A DNA stretch of 64,000 nt from Podarcis melisellensis (taxonomy: Eukaryota). The translations under genes were made by a program, and so were the position numbers. The number at the start of each line of letters is the position of its first letter. The first letter of the stretch is position 1. Positions 1 to 13,502 of this stretch are shown piece after piece. The DNA lies in the NCBI GenBank assembly GCA_964234715.1, contig OZ174284.1; one strand, given 5' to 3'. Below the pieces are notes generated by a model, which was not told the origin of the DNA, did not search any database, and was given only the letters and a program-made list of their open reading frames with translations.

Positions 1-3000
1 ACGTTTGTTTTAAAAAAAGTAGACTAGGAAGGACTTCCAAAAAATTGAAGTATGAATGAAAAAATAAATAAATTTGTGACCTTCGTGGTGTTTTTTTAGG
101 ATGTAAGCTGCTCTCCAGTTCAGCTGGCCTCTTGCTTTCTTTCAGTTCATCTCTTAGGCAAACTGATGGAATTGACCACCTCATGCCACTCTGAACAAAC
201 GTAAAGGTCTGGGTAGGGACTCAAAACATTAAATATCCTAAATGAGTTGGGAATAATATTTCCTGATGTTGTGCATTAATATGAGCCAAATTGAATTGCA
301 TGAAATATTTCTTAATGGCTCTGTAGCAGTAATTGCTTCATGCTCTCTTTTCCCTACTAACATACCATCCACCTTTTTTCTTCATAAGAGTCAACTGAGG
401 TCGTTAGAGGGTATGCTGTCACTTCTGGTAAAACTTAACTGTTGTTGTAGCCACTTCTTGGAAGTAAGTGTCATGAGTTATTGCCTAGAAGAGTGATAGC
501 AATGCTATATATGGTGAGCAGTGTTAAAGTTAGGAAGACTTAAATACTTCTAATTAGTGTTGCCTTTGCCTTATGTACTAGTTTTTTTTAAAAAACAAAA
601 CTATAAATGTTCATATGTCCCCTATATCTATGCTATCCAGTACAATCATAATTGTGAATGACAACAAGGTAGTGTTTGGGCAGCAGGCTTGTATTTGTCC
701 TCAGTAATTAAAACAATGCTTTTTTGTGCAGTACATTCTACTTTTTTAAAAAAAGTAACAAACTCTTAGTTCCCTGACTTCTGTATTAGGTGGCAAGTAG
801 TTCAAAAAAGGAATCCAGAGCATATTTAACAAGCATAGTATATAGTTTTGAAATAGATTGGGGACACCTGACTTTAAATGCTGCTCTGCCGTGAAACTGA
901 TGGTGGCAATTGGTTCTTGGTCACCATCCTTCAGCCTAATCTGTGCCTGCAGAATGGCTGTTGAAGAAAAATGGAATAATCCTGTTCATTGACATCCTGA
1001 GCTTCTTGATGAAAGGGTGAGGTGAAGTCACATTTATTTGTACCTTGTCCGGCTTCATGTCCTCAATTAAGTTTGCCATGAAGTATTTTCATGGAATTGG
1101 TCTGCTAGTCTCATATTAGAACAATATTTAGGTTTCTGTGATATATGAAATTAACCATTTCATTTTTGTGGGTGTGAGTGCTCTATTAGTTTGTTGTGAG
1201 GTAGCAATAACTATTTTAGTGTCTATTATTTTACTTGTAAATAAATGAATCCTAGTTCTTATTTTCTGAAATTAATATATTTTGTTTGTCAAAATATATT
1301 AATTTCACTATAATATAGTGCAGCTAGATCTATATGGAATCAGCTGTACACACTGCTGTACTTTAGTGGTCTCTATATCAGGCTATTCTGACATCTGCAG
1401 ATAGCAAGTCAGGGAACTGAGTGTTTTGGTGCATTCAGAGCACCTCATGAGCATATTTAGTGTGAAGCTCTAAGGAAGTTGACCACACTTGACGGTAAAG
1501 GTTCCACCAACCTAAGGTACAGTTGTGCTTATATTCTGGATTAAAAATCCTCAGGCAACAAATAAGTGCTCCTTTTCCTTTTGGTGTATACATAGAAGAG
1601 AAATACAGTAAGCCTGCAACTTATGCTCATGTGGAGGGTGGACGGAGCCCACCTCCAACAGGCTCCTTGCACACTCCCTCCATTGACTTGGCTGCTAGAC
1701 CAACCCATCTGCTGCTATCCCTCAACTGCCAGGGCTCCGTACCTGCCGTAGGGGTGCCTCATTATGCCCCCTCAAAAATGTGCACCTGAGGCCACTGCCC
1801 CCCCCCCCACTATGCCTTCTTCTTGCATAGTATGGTCTGCTCTGGTTGGCAGTGGTTCTAGGCAGAGATGTCTGTGAGCACCTGATCCTCTTACCTGCAG
1901 ATACCAGATACTGAACCTGGACCCTTCTGCATGTGACACATGTACTCTATTGCTGAGCTATAGTCTCCTACATACCATTTCTGAGTGCTGTGGTATGTGA
2001 GCTTTCATATTTAAATAGTTACGTCCTGTCACTACTGTATCAGACTAGTTAGAGAAGTGTTCTAATCTTCTCCTTATGGGTTGTTGGGAGTTTTTTTGTC
2101 ATGGAGAACATTCAGACCTGTGATCCTGCCGACATCTAGAACTGGTTCAGTTCCAAGAAGGCTGTATTATGCTTTTCTGAAATATGCATTTAAACTTCAA
2201 GACATGCTGTTTAATATGGTTTTGTTATTTTCCAAGGGAGTATCATTGCCTGTGTCTTGATAGTCCCCTGTGTAACACATGTAGAGTTCTACTACAGCTA
2301 TGGCTGTAATCCTGTGCACACATAACTAGGAATAAGCTCCACTGAACATAGCAAGATTTCTTTCCGAGTAAAATATATACTGATTGTATGGTAAATCTGC
2401 AAGATCTGCTTTCCTTGCAATATTAGTCTGAAAGAGTTAGCAATGGAGGAAATGTGTGGAATAATTTTGACATAAACTGGATACTACATTGTGATCAGTA
2501 GTCTAAATAAAGGTATTAAAGTTTTGACTGCTGATTATATTCTAGTTAACATAGTTGTCCATTTGAAGAGATGCAGCATGTAAACTGCTCAAATGATAAA
2601 AAAAACTGCACAGAGTTCTTTAAACCTGAGTTTCTGGCCCACTAGGGCAGCTGTGTGAAATTCACATTAACCAGAATCCCAGTTACCTATATTGCGTGAC
2701 TAAATGTAGTTGTCTGCTACTCACTATATTGTCATTGTGATTGTAAAAATGAAACAATATTGAAATTATTAAAGTAGGTTGATATAAACAATGGAAATTT
2801 GTTAGTATGTAGAGCTAGTGAAGTCAAAGTGGTTATGTTCATGAATTGCTTATTAATATGCAATGTCTTTCTGTTAATGCATGCAAAGTATCAATTATAT
2901 CAACTTAATCAGTCCAAATACAACCCATTCCCTACCTCACAGCACCACCAAAGAGCATAAACCAAAACTATCCCAGGAAAATATCATACTTTCACACCGA

Positions 3001-5084
3001 TAATCTATTTTTAACATGCCAAAGGGATAGAAGAGAGAATTGTCTATAGCCATCAATGGCAAAATTAAGAATTTAATAGAGCTCGGATTGGGCACAAATG
3101 TGCATACCAAGTTTGGAGGAACAAAAACTCAATGGAGAAAAACCCAAAAAACTCAATGAGGACTTTGTATTTAGTGGACATGGGATGCTGCTGGAAGCCT
3201 GAACAGAAACCCTCTATACGGCAACATTTTGTTGTAGGCCTTTTTTGTATTTCTATTACTTCATTATCCTGTTAAGTAGCTTGTCTGTGCCATGTACAGC
3301 AGCTAAAATACTGCTAGTGCTAAATGTGTCACATGTTTTCTTGACACATCACACCCTTCTTGAACTAATTCTAAATGTTTCAAAAAGTATGTTTTTTAAG
3401 AATTCACAAAAGCTAGCTGTATGTGCCAGGAGGCATCATGTTGGGGATAGGTGTAATGCAAATAGTGGCCTGTTTCAGACAATCATATTTCAGCTTAGTA
3501 AGCAGATACATAAACAAGTCATTTTTCTACACATAAAGCCCTTTTGTAGCATTAGCAATCAAATGAGGAAGCCTTTGATAAACCATGATTAACCATTTTG
3601 TCCACATGGACAGAATCACTGTAGTTACAGTACTGGCTTTGGAACAGGCCAGGATATAAAACTGCAGTATGAAGTTGGTTTGATATCCTGGCTTGTTCTA
3701 AAGCTGATAGCCATAGTTGCCCAGTTTGCATGAAAAATGAAATAATGGCTAATGGGAGACTTCCTGGCTTGATGCATGTATTGAAAAGGGCTGTGGGGGG
3801 AGCAAAAGTCTTGTTTATGGTTTAGTGTATTAAGCCAAGGTATGATTGTCTGGACATGGCCAACAGTGGAAAGTGTTTTATGTTCTTAAGATGTTTGGGC
3901 TATTTACTCACAACAACGTGAACAGTATAAACACTTCCTGGTGTTTATGGCTCAGGCCGGGGAGCTTATGCCATCAGCTCCCAGTTGGCCTAAGGCTAAG
4001 CGGATTGTTACTACTTTTTATCATGTTTATTTGTTTTAGTATTTCAAAATGGTAAACCATCTTGAGTATTTTGGCAAAAAGGTGGCATATACATACAACA
4101 AAAGAATTTTTAAAAAAATGAATCTCCCTGAGATCTTTTCATATCAGTGGACAGCTGTACAAAACAGCAAGCGGTGAAATGACAGCTGTGGTGAAAAGTG
4201 AAAGCTTTACCTTTCAGTTTTGACTAAACCACAATTTCTTGATATGTCTGATCTCTAGCAACTCTGATTTATTTTAACTAATTAGTTAAAGCAAACCAGG
4301 ATCAAACAGAGGTTTCATATCCTTCTTAACTAAGTAGAGGTAATATGCAGCTCTTGGTAGAGGTAATATGCAACTCAGCTCTGAGTTCATATGCAGTTGG
4401 AAGCTCTTGCTTAGTCAAAAGTGGTGGAAGCAGAAGCATTTACTCTTCTTTTGCATGCAGAGGACCACAAGAGGAAAGGGTGAGAACACAATACTAAGTC
4501 TTGCTGGATCTTGTTCATGATTATCATATTCTAAAGAACACTTTAGATAATCTGAACTGGGCCTTGGTGTTTTGCCTTCTTATTTCTGATTCTTTAGCTT
4601 CATCAAAAGTGTCTCGGTTGGCTTTTACACTAAGAGGGCTGATTGACATTATCTCTGTCACCATGGGTATAAAGAGGCTCAATATACCATTCAGACAACC
4701 ATTCTCCTGCTTACCATACTGCAAATTATCTTTTGAATGTGTGTGTAGTCATGTGCAAGAATTGAAACTGGACTTATGGTAATGCACTTGGACCATTGTT
4801 ATATTGCCTTTTCATCTATAGGGACATTACTACATGCAGCTTCCCAAGGCGGTCATGTAACTGTAGGCCTCAGTAAGTGACATTTGATGAACCATTGATC
4901 TAATCCATTTACTGCACTTCCTTCCTGGAAAGCTACTCACGTAAACAAGATCACTTCGCTGTCTTTTCCTGCATTGTGTGGATATTGTCACAAATTCTGA
5001 ATAAGGAAGGGTATGGCTTTCCTCACAATGCCTTTCATTCATTTCACAATACTTTTCATTCCTTAAGGATATGGAACATCTTTG

Positions 5085-5300
5085 AGCATTTATAGCGTAG
5101 TAGTCAGAGTGTTGGACTGGGACCAGAAGACCTGGGTTCAAATTCAAACTTGGCCATAAAGCTCATTGGAATACTGTGAGCCAGTAACCCTTCATCTTTT
5201 GCAACATTACAGGGGAGTTGTGTGAGGATAAAATGGAAAGGGAGATGCTATGTATGCTGCTGCAAACACCTTAACAGAAACATTGGATTGAAATTAGTAA
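5085..5300 (+). mobile_element. Old MIR/CORE-like SINE
   Basis: tRNA-like head gcgtagtagtcagagtgttggactgggacc...gggttcaaatt and core-like gttgtgtgaggataaaatgg. A related decayed copy lies at ~830-1020. Confidence 0.55.
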
Positions 5301-7317
5301 ATTAATATACCACTGAAGAACAACATATACATTCTTTAGGGTCCAGGGGAGAGAAAAAGATTGTTGCACCAACTCAAATTTATTTGATCAGTACTTAGGA
5401 AGTAATTTGATTATACTACAGAAGTATGCATGAAATATGTACCTGATGATGAACACATCTTTTTTGAACAATAAATTATATACCTGCCCTCATCCCTTGA
5501 AGTAGGAATAACAATGTTTGAATTGCTCAACAGGCAAAAGATAAACTTGCCATTTTATGTGAATGGCTTGCCCATATCATGAGCTGAGGTGCAGTACAAA
5601 GCATAGTTACTAAAAAGTAAGTCACATTCAGCTCCACAATTCTTACTACCTAGTAAGTATGACTTGATTCCTTTTGACGAAGTCTCTCATGATATTTGTC
5701 TTAATGACATTTTACCCAGATGGTCTGTTAGGTGGATTTGAAGCTGGCCCAAAGAGTGTTCAGCAGGGGCTCCTTGTCATCCTATGTATTTCTATGTTGG
5801 GTACAGGGGAGTGGCCTTCCATCCTCTGGCAACCCACTTTTTGGGCACAAAAGAGTTGGAGTGTTCTGATCCTCCTCACCCAGCCTGTTTGTTTGCCTGC
5901 GTTTCCCCTGTCAGTGCAGCTTCATAGCAACCTCTTCAACTTCTCTAGCCTATGGATATGTTTTCACACCTGCATGCTGTGCTGTTATTCTTGTGATACC
6001 TCACAAAGAATGTAATTGTTAAGCAGATAAAGTAATTGGTCTGCTTTAATTGTGCATGTTGACTGCTAGTTGGAATTAATTAGTTTCATTAGCAGCCAGC
6101 CCTTACTCTTTTAATGTTCCATACCTTATTGCAACAACTAAGAAATGATGGTTCTTGGAGGATTGACTTCTTTAATACTGATACTTACATACTGATTACT
6201 TTTACTAACTAATGAACTGTTCTTATAACACACTTAACTCCTGCTTTCTTAAACTGCAAAGAAAGGGAATAAAAAAGCAAGAAAGCCCAATTGATTTCAC
6301 TATTCATAGTACTTAATAGGAATTTGGGGGGAGGAATTTTAGGCCTCTCCGTGTGTCACCCCCAAACCATTCCCCTTAAAGGAACACCACACAGTTGCAA
6401 CTTATCTGCCTCATCTACTGACAGCCTTTGTACACAGATATAATCTGGAACCTGAATTAAACACTTACCAAATTACAAGGAAACAAATAGAAATGCATTG
6501 CATACAAACATCATGGTGGAGTCACCTGTCTTACAGTTATGGCATTTGGTAATATAAATTGGCAAATTCACCTAATTACAAATTCATATCTTCTCCTTTT
6601 ACTTTGATAGGCACATTGTTGTGACAAAGAGTGATGTGTTTACCTGAGCTCATTACTCAAATTATGAGAGGAAAATATAGAAGAGGAAGTTCTTCATGAA
6701 ATCCAGAACCCCCAATCCCCCCCCCCATTTTAGCAAAATTATGCCCTCTCTGAATATAGCCTTCTAAAAACAGTCCCCTCACTTGTAATCTTAGTACTGT
6801 CTGATCTCTTCATTATCTTAATTGACATTTATATGTGTGTTCTTTGTGTCTTTTGTTTTTCTTGCTCTAAGTGTTTACGCTCATCTGTATATGCCTGTTG
6901 GAAAAGAAATCTATGTATTTTAAATATCTGCAGTTTCATCAGTCCAAGACTCTTGATGTGGGATGCTGTTGTGAACAGTACATCATTGCTGGTTTGGGAA
7001 AGGGTATTTCTATCATCTCTCATAACAATTCCTCCAAACAAGATGTTGAAAAGTTAGCTAGTAAAATCTTCTTAAGTACCCTTGTAACATACAATCAAGC
7101 TGACATTCTGGTCTAGTTTCCTAGATAGCAGGCCCAACTGCTGATAATAGGACAAGAAAGCAAGAGGACATTTTGAGTTTGAAATTGCTACAAGTGATTT
7201 TAAATATACATTAAAAACTACTTACGTTACTGTGAAATAGGAATTATTTTGCTAATTTCTTTTTCTCTTTTTCTCTTCTAGGCGGGTTGCTGAGCTGTCA
7301 GTCTGCAGCTGAACAGC

Positions 7318-10300
7318 ATGCAGTCCTTTCGAGAGCAAAGCAGTTACCACGGAAACCAGCAGAACTACCCACAGGAAGTGCATGGTGCATCCCGTCTAGA
7401 AGAATTTAGCACCCGCCAGCAGGCTCAGATGTTCCAGAGCTTTGGAGGAGGTGGCAGCAGCAGTGGGCGCCGTGGAGCAGCAGGCAGTTCGGCCTCAATG
7501 GCTGGTGAGAGCTCTGGACATCAGAGCTATCAAAGTTTCAGAAAGGAAGCAGGAGAATTCTACTATATGGCCTCAAGTAAGGATCCTGTGGCAGCCGGAG
7601 GGCAGCAGCTTCCTCAGCGCAGGCCTTCTGGGCCAGTACAGAGCTATGGACCACCCCAAGGGAGCAGCTTTGGGAGTCAGTATGGGAGTGAAGGTCATGT
7701 GAGCCAGTTTCAAACGCAACACTCATCCCTTAGTGGTGTGACCCATTATCAACAGGATTATACTGGTCCTTTCTCCCCTGGAAGTGCTCAGTACCAGCAG
7801 CAAAGTTCGAGCCAGCAGCAGCAACAGGTTCAGCAGATGAGACAACAGCTCTACCAGTCTCATCAGCCTTTGCCACAAGCCTCCAGCCAGTCTGCCTCCA
7901 GCACATCTCATATGCAGCCAATGCAACGTCCTTCAACTCTGCCTTCCTCTGCTTCTGGCTATCAGTTGCGAGTGGGTCAGTATAGCCAACACTATCAGCC
8001 TCCTGCTTCTTCCTCTTCTTCTTTTCCTTCTCCTCAGCGTTTTAGCCAATCTGGGCAGAACTATGATGGCAGTTACAGTGTGAATGCTAGTTCACAGTAT
8101 GAAGGACATGCTGTTGGGTCGAGTTCGCAAACTTATGGAACTCAGTCAAACTACACCTTTCAGGCACAGCCAATGAAGAACTTTGAACAGTCAAAGTTAC
8201 CCCAAGGCAGTCAGCAGGCACAGGGACAGGCACAGCAGTCACAGCAGCAGCAACAACAACAGCAGCAGCAGCAGCCTCCCTCACAGCATATAATGCAGTA
8301 CTCAAATACTGCCACCAAACTGTCTCTTCAGAGTCAAGTAGGTCAGTACAACCAGGCTGAGGTTCCTGTGAGATCACCCATGCAGTTCCACCAGAATTTT
8401 AGTCCTATATCTAACCCCTCACCAGCTGCCTCTGTGGTTCAGTCCCCAAGCTGCAGCTCCACACCATCTCCTCTCATGGCAGGTGGTGAGAACCTTCAGT
8501 GTGGACAAAGCAACATGCCTGTAGCCTCTAGAAACCGCATTTTACAAATGATGCCTCAGCTTAGTCCAACACCATCCATGATGCCAAGTCCCAATGCTCA
8601 GGGTGGAGGATTCAAGGGATTTGGGCTTGAAGGACTGCAGGAAAAGAGGCTTACGGATCCAGGACTAAGCAGCCTAAGTGCTTTAAGTAGTCAAGTGGCA
8701 AATCTTCCCAATACAGTCCAGCACATGCTACTTTCAGATGCTTTGGCACCTCAGAAGAAAAACTCCAAAAGATCTTCACTATCTAAAAAGGCTGATAGCT
8801 GCACAAACTCAGAAGGTTCTTCCCAAGCAGAGGAACAGCTCAAGTCTCCTCTGGCAGAATCAATTGATGGTGGCTGCTCCAGTAGTTCGGAGGACCAAGG
8901 CGAGAGGGTGAGACAACTGAGCGGTCAGAGTACCAGTTCTGATACCACCTACAAGGGGGGTAATTTAGAGAGATCCCACCCATCACCAACACAAGCATCT
9001 CAAAATGAGCCTCCAAAGCTCAGCACCAGCCCTGCAGATGAGGAAGAAGTGGCCTCTCCTCCTGATGAAAAGGAGGCCTTAGTTGCTGTGGAGACACCCC
9101 CGAAGGTCAATGAAAAGGCAGTTGGTGTGATAGTTTCCCGAGAAGCTATGACGGGCAGAGTGGAAAAGTCAGGTGGGCAGGATAAGCAGCAACAAGATGA
9201 TGTTTCCACAGGTGCTCAAGCACCATCTTCTGCCAGTGTGATGAAAGACACTGGGCTTCTGGGACCACAGCAAGAGCCACAAGGAGGGAGTAAGGGGAGC
9301 AAAAGTGGGGACAGCAGCACTAACCACAACGGAGATGGGAATGGACAGCTTGGTCATGCTGTTGTTGGCTCCAGTTTTCCGGGCAGAACCGAGCCTTCAA
9401 AATCCCCTGGTAGTTTGAGGTATAGCTACAAAGACAATATTGGGGCTAGTATGCAGAGAAATGCTGGCAACTTCCCTCAGTATCCTTCAGGTCAGGATAA
9501 AGGGGATTTTCCAGGGCATAGTGAGCGAAAAGGCAGGAATGAGAAATTTCCTAGTCTGTTGCAGGAAGTTTTGCAAGGCTATCACCATCACCCTGACAGA
9601 AGATATTCTAGAAATGCACAAGATCATCATGGGATGACTGGAACTCTCGAGGGTGCCATGAGACCCAATGTCCTGATCAATCAAGCCAATGAATTAAGTA
9701 ATAGAGGTCTTTTAAACAAAAGCATAGGCTCCCTCTTGGAAAATCCACACTGGAGCCACTGGGATAGAAAGTCTAGTGGCACAACTTCTGAGATGAAACA
9801 GATAAATCTAGCAGACTATCCCATGCCTCGAAAGTTTGAGATAGAGTCCCAATCCTCTTCTCATGAAGGTGGAGGACTCTCTGAGAGGAGATCAGTTATT
9901 TGTGATATATCACCCTTGAGGCAGATTGCTAGAGAACCTGGGTCTCACTCTGTGGGACACATGGGTCCTGATGGCAGGAGTGGAAGGAGTGACCGTCTAA
10001 CTCCTGGTCAGTCAGTCATCCTTCCTGGTGGTCTGGTGACCATGGAACCAAAGCTAAAGTCTCACAGTGGGCAAATCAAGGAAGAAGATTTTGAACAGTC
10101 TAAGACCTCTGCCAACCTCAACAATAAAAAATCTGGAGACCATTGTCATCTTGCAAGTTTTAAGCATGAGTCTTACCGAGGCAATGCTAGCCCCGGAGCT
10201 GCAGCTCTTGATTCTGCAGCAGAGTACCTTTTGCAACAAGATAGCCGATCACAGCTCAGGCGAGGACCCGGCAGAATGGGAAGCAGCCGAGAGGGAATGA

Positions 10301-13011
10301 GAGGTAAATCTCCCTCTCAGTTTCATGATCTGGCAGACAAATTAAAGATGTCACCAGGTAGAAGCAGAGGTCCAGGCACAGATCTTCACCACATGAATCC
10401 ACATATGGTGCTTTCTGACAGGGTGAACCGGGGTTCCTTACACTCTCCTTTCCCTCCAAATTCTGAAAGCTCATCGTTGGCTTCAGTTTATCACACTAAT
10501 GCTCGATCTCATGCTTTTGGTGATCCTAACCAGGGGTTGAATTCCCAATACCACTACAAAAGGCAGCTGTACCAACAACAACAGGAAGAATACAAAGATT
10601 GGAGTAGCAGCTCTGCCCAGGGAGTGATTGCAGCTGCTCAACATAGACAGGAGACAGCAAGAAAGAGCCCAAGGCAACAGCAGTTCTTGGACAGAGTAAG
10701 GAGTCCTTTGAAAAATGACAAGGATGGAATGATGTATCTCCATTCTGGTTCTTACCATGATGCTGTCAGTCAAGACACAAGCCGTTGCTTGTTAGGGAGT
10801 GATGGGTCTCTTCAAAATAAGTGTGCTGAAATTAAACATTTGAATCAAAAGATTCAGCAACAAGAATCTGGTTGGGATCTTTCCCGACAGGTGACTACTG
10901 GGAAAAACAGTGGCTCTCTAGGAGCAGCTAGTCAGAAGAGATTTTCATCTCAAGATAGTGATGCACACAAGCGTGAAGATGCTGGAGATGTACTTAAATC
11001 TGGCAATGCCATGGTAAGGATTCCTGGCCAAGAAGAGCAGTCTTCTCAAAATCCTTTAATCATGAGAAGGAGAGTCCGCTCTTTTATCTCTCCTATTCCC
11101 AGCAAGAGGCAGTTGCAGGAAATGAAGAATAGTGGCACTGAAGACAAAGGACGCCTGCTCACTTCATCAAAGGATGGAGCTGATAAAACACTCAACTCCT
11201 ATGCCCATTCTTCCCAAAGCCAAGATGTTAGTAAGTCACTCTCAAAAGGAGAATCTCCTAGGAATCTTCCAAGTCCTGACAATAGAAATTGCTCTGCTGT
11301 TTCCCTCACAAGCCCAGCTAAAACAAAAATTCTGCCTCCACGGAAGGGCCGTGGGTTAAAATTGGAAGCTATTGTTCAAAAAATCACTTCCCCTAATGTT
11401 CGGAGGAGTGCTTCTTCAAATTGTGCTGAAGCTGGCCCAGATGCAGTGACCCTTGATGACATTCTGTCACTGAAGAGTGGCCCACCAGAGGGTGGGAATG
11501 TGTCCAATCATGGAATGGAAGCAGAAAATATAAAAGAAGAAATTGTGCTGGATCAAGAGAGCCAAGAATTGACTAGTGAAATTTCTCTGACAATATCTTC
11601 TGAAGAATGGCATGCGGATAGAGATGAGGTCGTAAAAAAAGAGACACCTGAACTTGCAAGTGTTGTCAAGGAGGCCCCAGTGCCTACTGTGATCCCAGCA
11701 CCTTCACAAAAATCTGTTTGTCAGGGAAGAACAGATGGCTCACTAGCTGGGGCAGGATCTATAAGCTTTTCCGAATTAAAAACAGTCTCTCCATCCAAAG
11801 TCTTGACTCCTGAACCAAATCTAAAGTCTGAAGAGAAGGGTGGAGATGCAGTCATTGTGACACCCAAGCCAGATCCTTTTCCTCCAAAGGGTTATTTTCC
11901 TTCTGGTAAGAAGAAGGGGCGGCCTATTGGTAGTGTTAACAAACAGAAGAAGCAGCAGCAGCAACAGCAGCAGCCGCCGCCGCCTCCTCCGCCACCTCCG
12001 CCTCAACAACAGTTGCTGCTTCCGCCACTTCCATCAGTACCAGAAGCGCTGCAGCCATCAGAGGAGGCAGGAGGTGGAGAACCTAAACCCAAGAGACAGC
12101 GAAGGGAGAGGAGGAAACCTACAGCACAGCCACGGAAGCGGAAGCCAAGACGAGCTGCTCCAATTGTGGAGCCCCAGGAACCAGAGATCAAACTGAAATA
12201 TGCCACACAGTCTCTTGATAAAACTGATAACAAGAACAAGTCTTTTTTCCCTTATATTCATGTAGTGAACAAGTGTGAGATAGGTGCTGTATGCACAATA
12301 ATTAATGCAGAGGAAGAGGAGCAGAATAAGCTGGCGAGGGGCCGAAAAGGGCAGAGGTCATCAACACCACCTCCCAGCAATGTTGAGAGCAAAGTACTGC
12401 CTATTTCCTCTTTCATGCTACAGGGCCCTGTAGTAACAGAGTCCTCTGTCATGGGCCACCTGGTTTGTTGCCTGTGTGGTAAGTGGGCCAGCTATCGCAA
12501 CATGGGTGATCTCTTTGGACCTTTCTATCCCCAGGATTATGCGGCCACATTACCCAAGAATCCCCCTCCCAAGAGGGCCACAGAAATGCAGAATAAGGTC
12601 AAAGTACGACATAAAAGTGCGTCTAATGGTTCCAAGACCGATACGGAGGAGGAGGAAGAGCAGCAGCAGCAACAAAAGGAGCAGAGAAGCCTCACTGCCC
12701 ACCCTCGCTTTAAGAGACGGCATCGCTCAGAGGACTGTGCTGGGGCCTCTCGTTCCCTTTCGAGAGGCGCTGCTTGTAAAAAGGCAACCACTGAGGGTAG
12801 CAATGTTGGTGAAAAAGCTCCTTTGGACTCTAAACCCCCCATGTCCACTTCGGAAGGTGGTCCTGAGTTGGAGTTACAAATTCCTGAACTACCTCTTGAC
12901 AGCAATGAATTTTGGGTCCACGAGGGCTGTATTCTCTGGGCCAATGGGATTTACCTGGTCTGTGGCAAGCTTTATGGGCTGCAAGAAGCTGTGGAAATAG
13001 CTAAAGAGATG
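7318..13011 (+). CDS. TCF20: Transcription factor 20 (SPBP), giant first coding exon (1898 codons)
   Basis: The ORF starts [23 protein letters not shown] (TCF20 N-terminus). It has Q/S-rich tracts, an AT-hook (KKKGRPIGS), basic NLS clusters and the start of the extended PHD (CCLCGKW...WVHEGCILW). Acceptor ttctag ends at 7281 (exon starts 7282). Phase-0 donor ATG|gtgagt follows 13011, so the VSTINE tail in the ORF track is intronic. Confidence 0.98.
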
Positions 13012-13150
13012 GTGAGTACCATAAATGAATAATGCTGTAATGTTTCTTTTTCAGACAGCTTGGTGTTTCCTGTGTTCCCGGTTTTATTTCCTTCACTTAT
13101 GCCTTGGCAATGGTGGTGCCATTGTAATTATGTGGATTAGGTATGGCCTC

Positions 13151-13502
13151 ACGGGTGGCGCTGTGGTCTAAACCAGAGAGCCTAGGGCTCGCTGATCAGA
13201 AGGTCGGTGGTTCGAATCCCCGCAATGGGGTGAGCTCCCATTACTCGGTCCCTGCTCCTGCCATCCTAGCAGTTTGAAAGCACATCAAAGTGTAAGTAGA
13301 TAAATAGGTACCACTCTGGTGAGAAGGTAAATGGCATTTCCGTGCGCTGCTCTGGTTCGCCAGAAGCAGCTTAGTCATGCTGGCCACATGACCAGGAAGC
13401 TGCGGACAAACGCCTGCTCTCTCGGCCTATAGGGCGAGATGAGCGCCGCAACCCCAGAGTCGTCTGCGACTGGACTTAATGGTCAGGGGTCCCTTTACCT
13501 TT
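13151..13502 (+). mobile_element. Sauria SINE, near full length
   Basis: tRNA-like head with B box GGTTCGAATCC (13209) and 3' tail ggggtccctttaccttt. Homologous to four other copies in the window. Confidence 0.9.

Noticed and set aside
100-206. Candidate TCF20 5'UTR exon (ttttag|...aag|gtctgg)
   Set aside because: Weak donor and no independent support; no CpG island or promoter is visible in 1-7281.
6360-6600. Possible old L1/Tx1 ORF2 C-terminal remnant (WWS-containing frame); similar A-rich tract at 2900-3230
   Set aside because: Too degraded to support without a database search.
12476-13000. 174-aa alternative-frame ORF, and other overlapping ORFs, inside the TCF20 giant exon
   Set aside because: Non-ATG start, deep inside a coding exon and with no recognisable domain; expected by-product of codon bias.
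13012-13032. VSTINE* as the TCF20 C-terminus
   Set aside because: Lies after a canonical gtgagt donor; the PHD continues in downstream exons.
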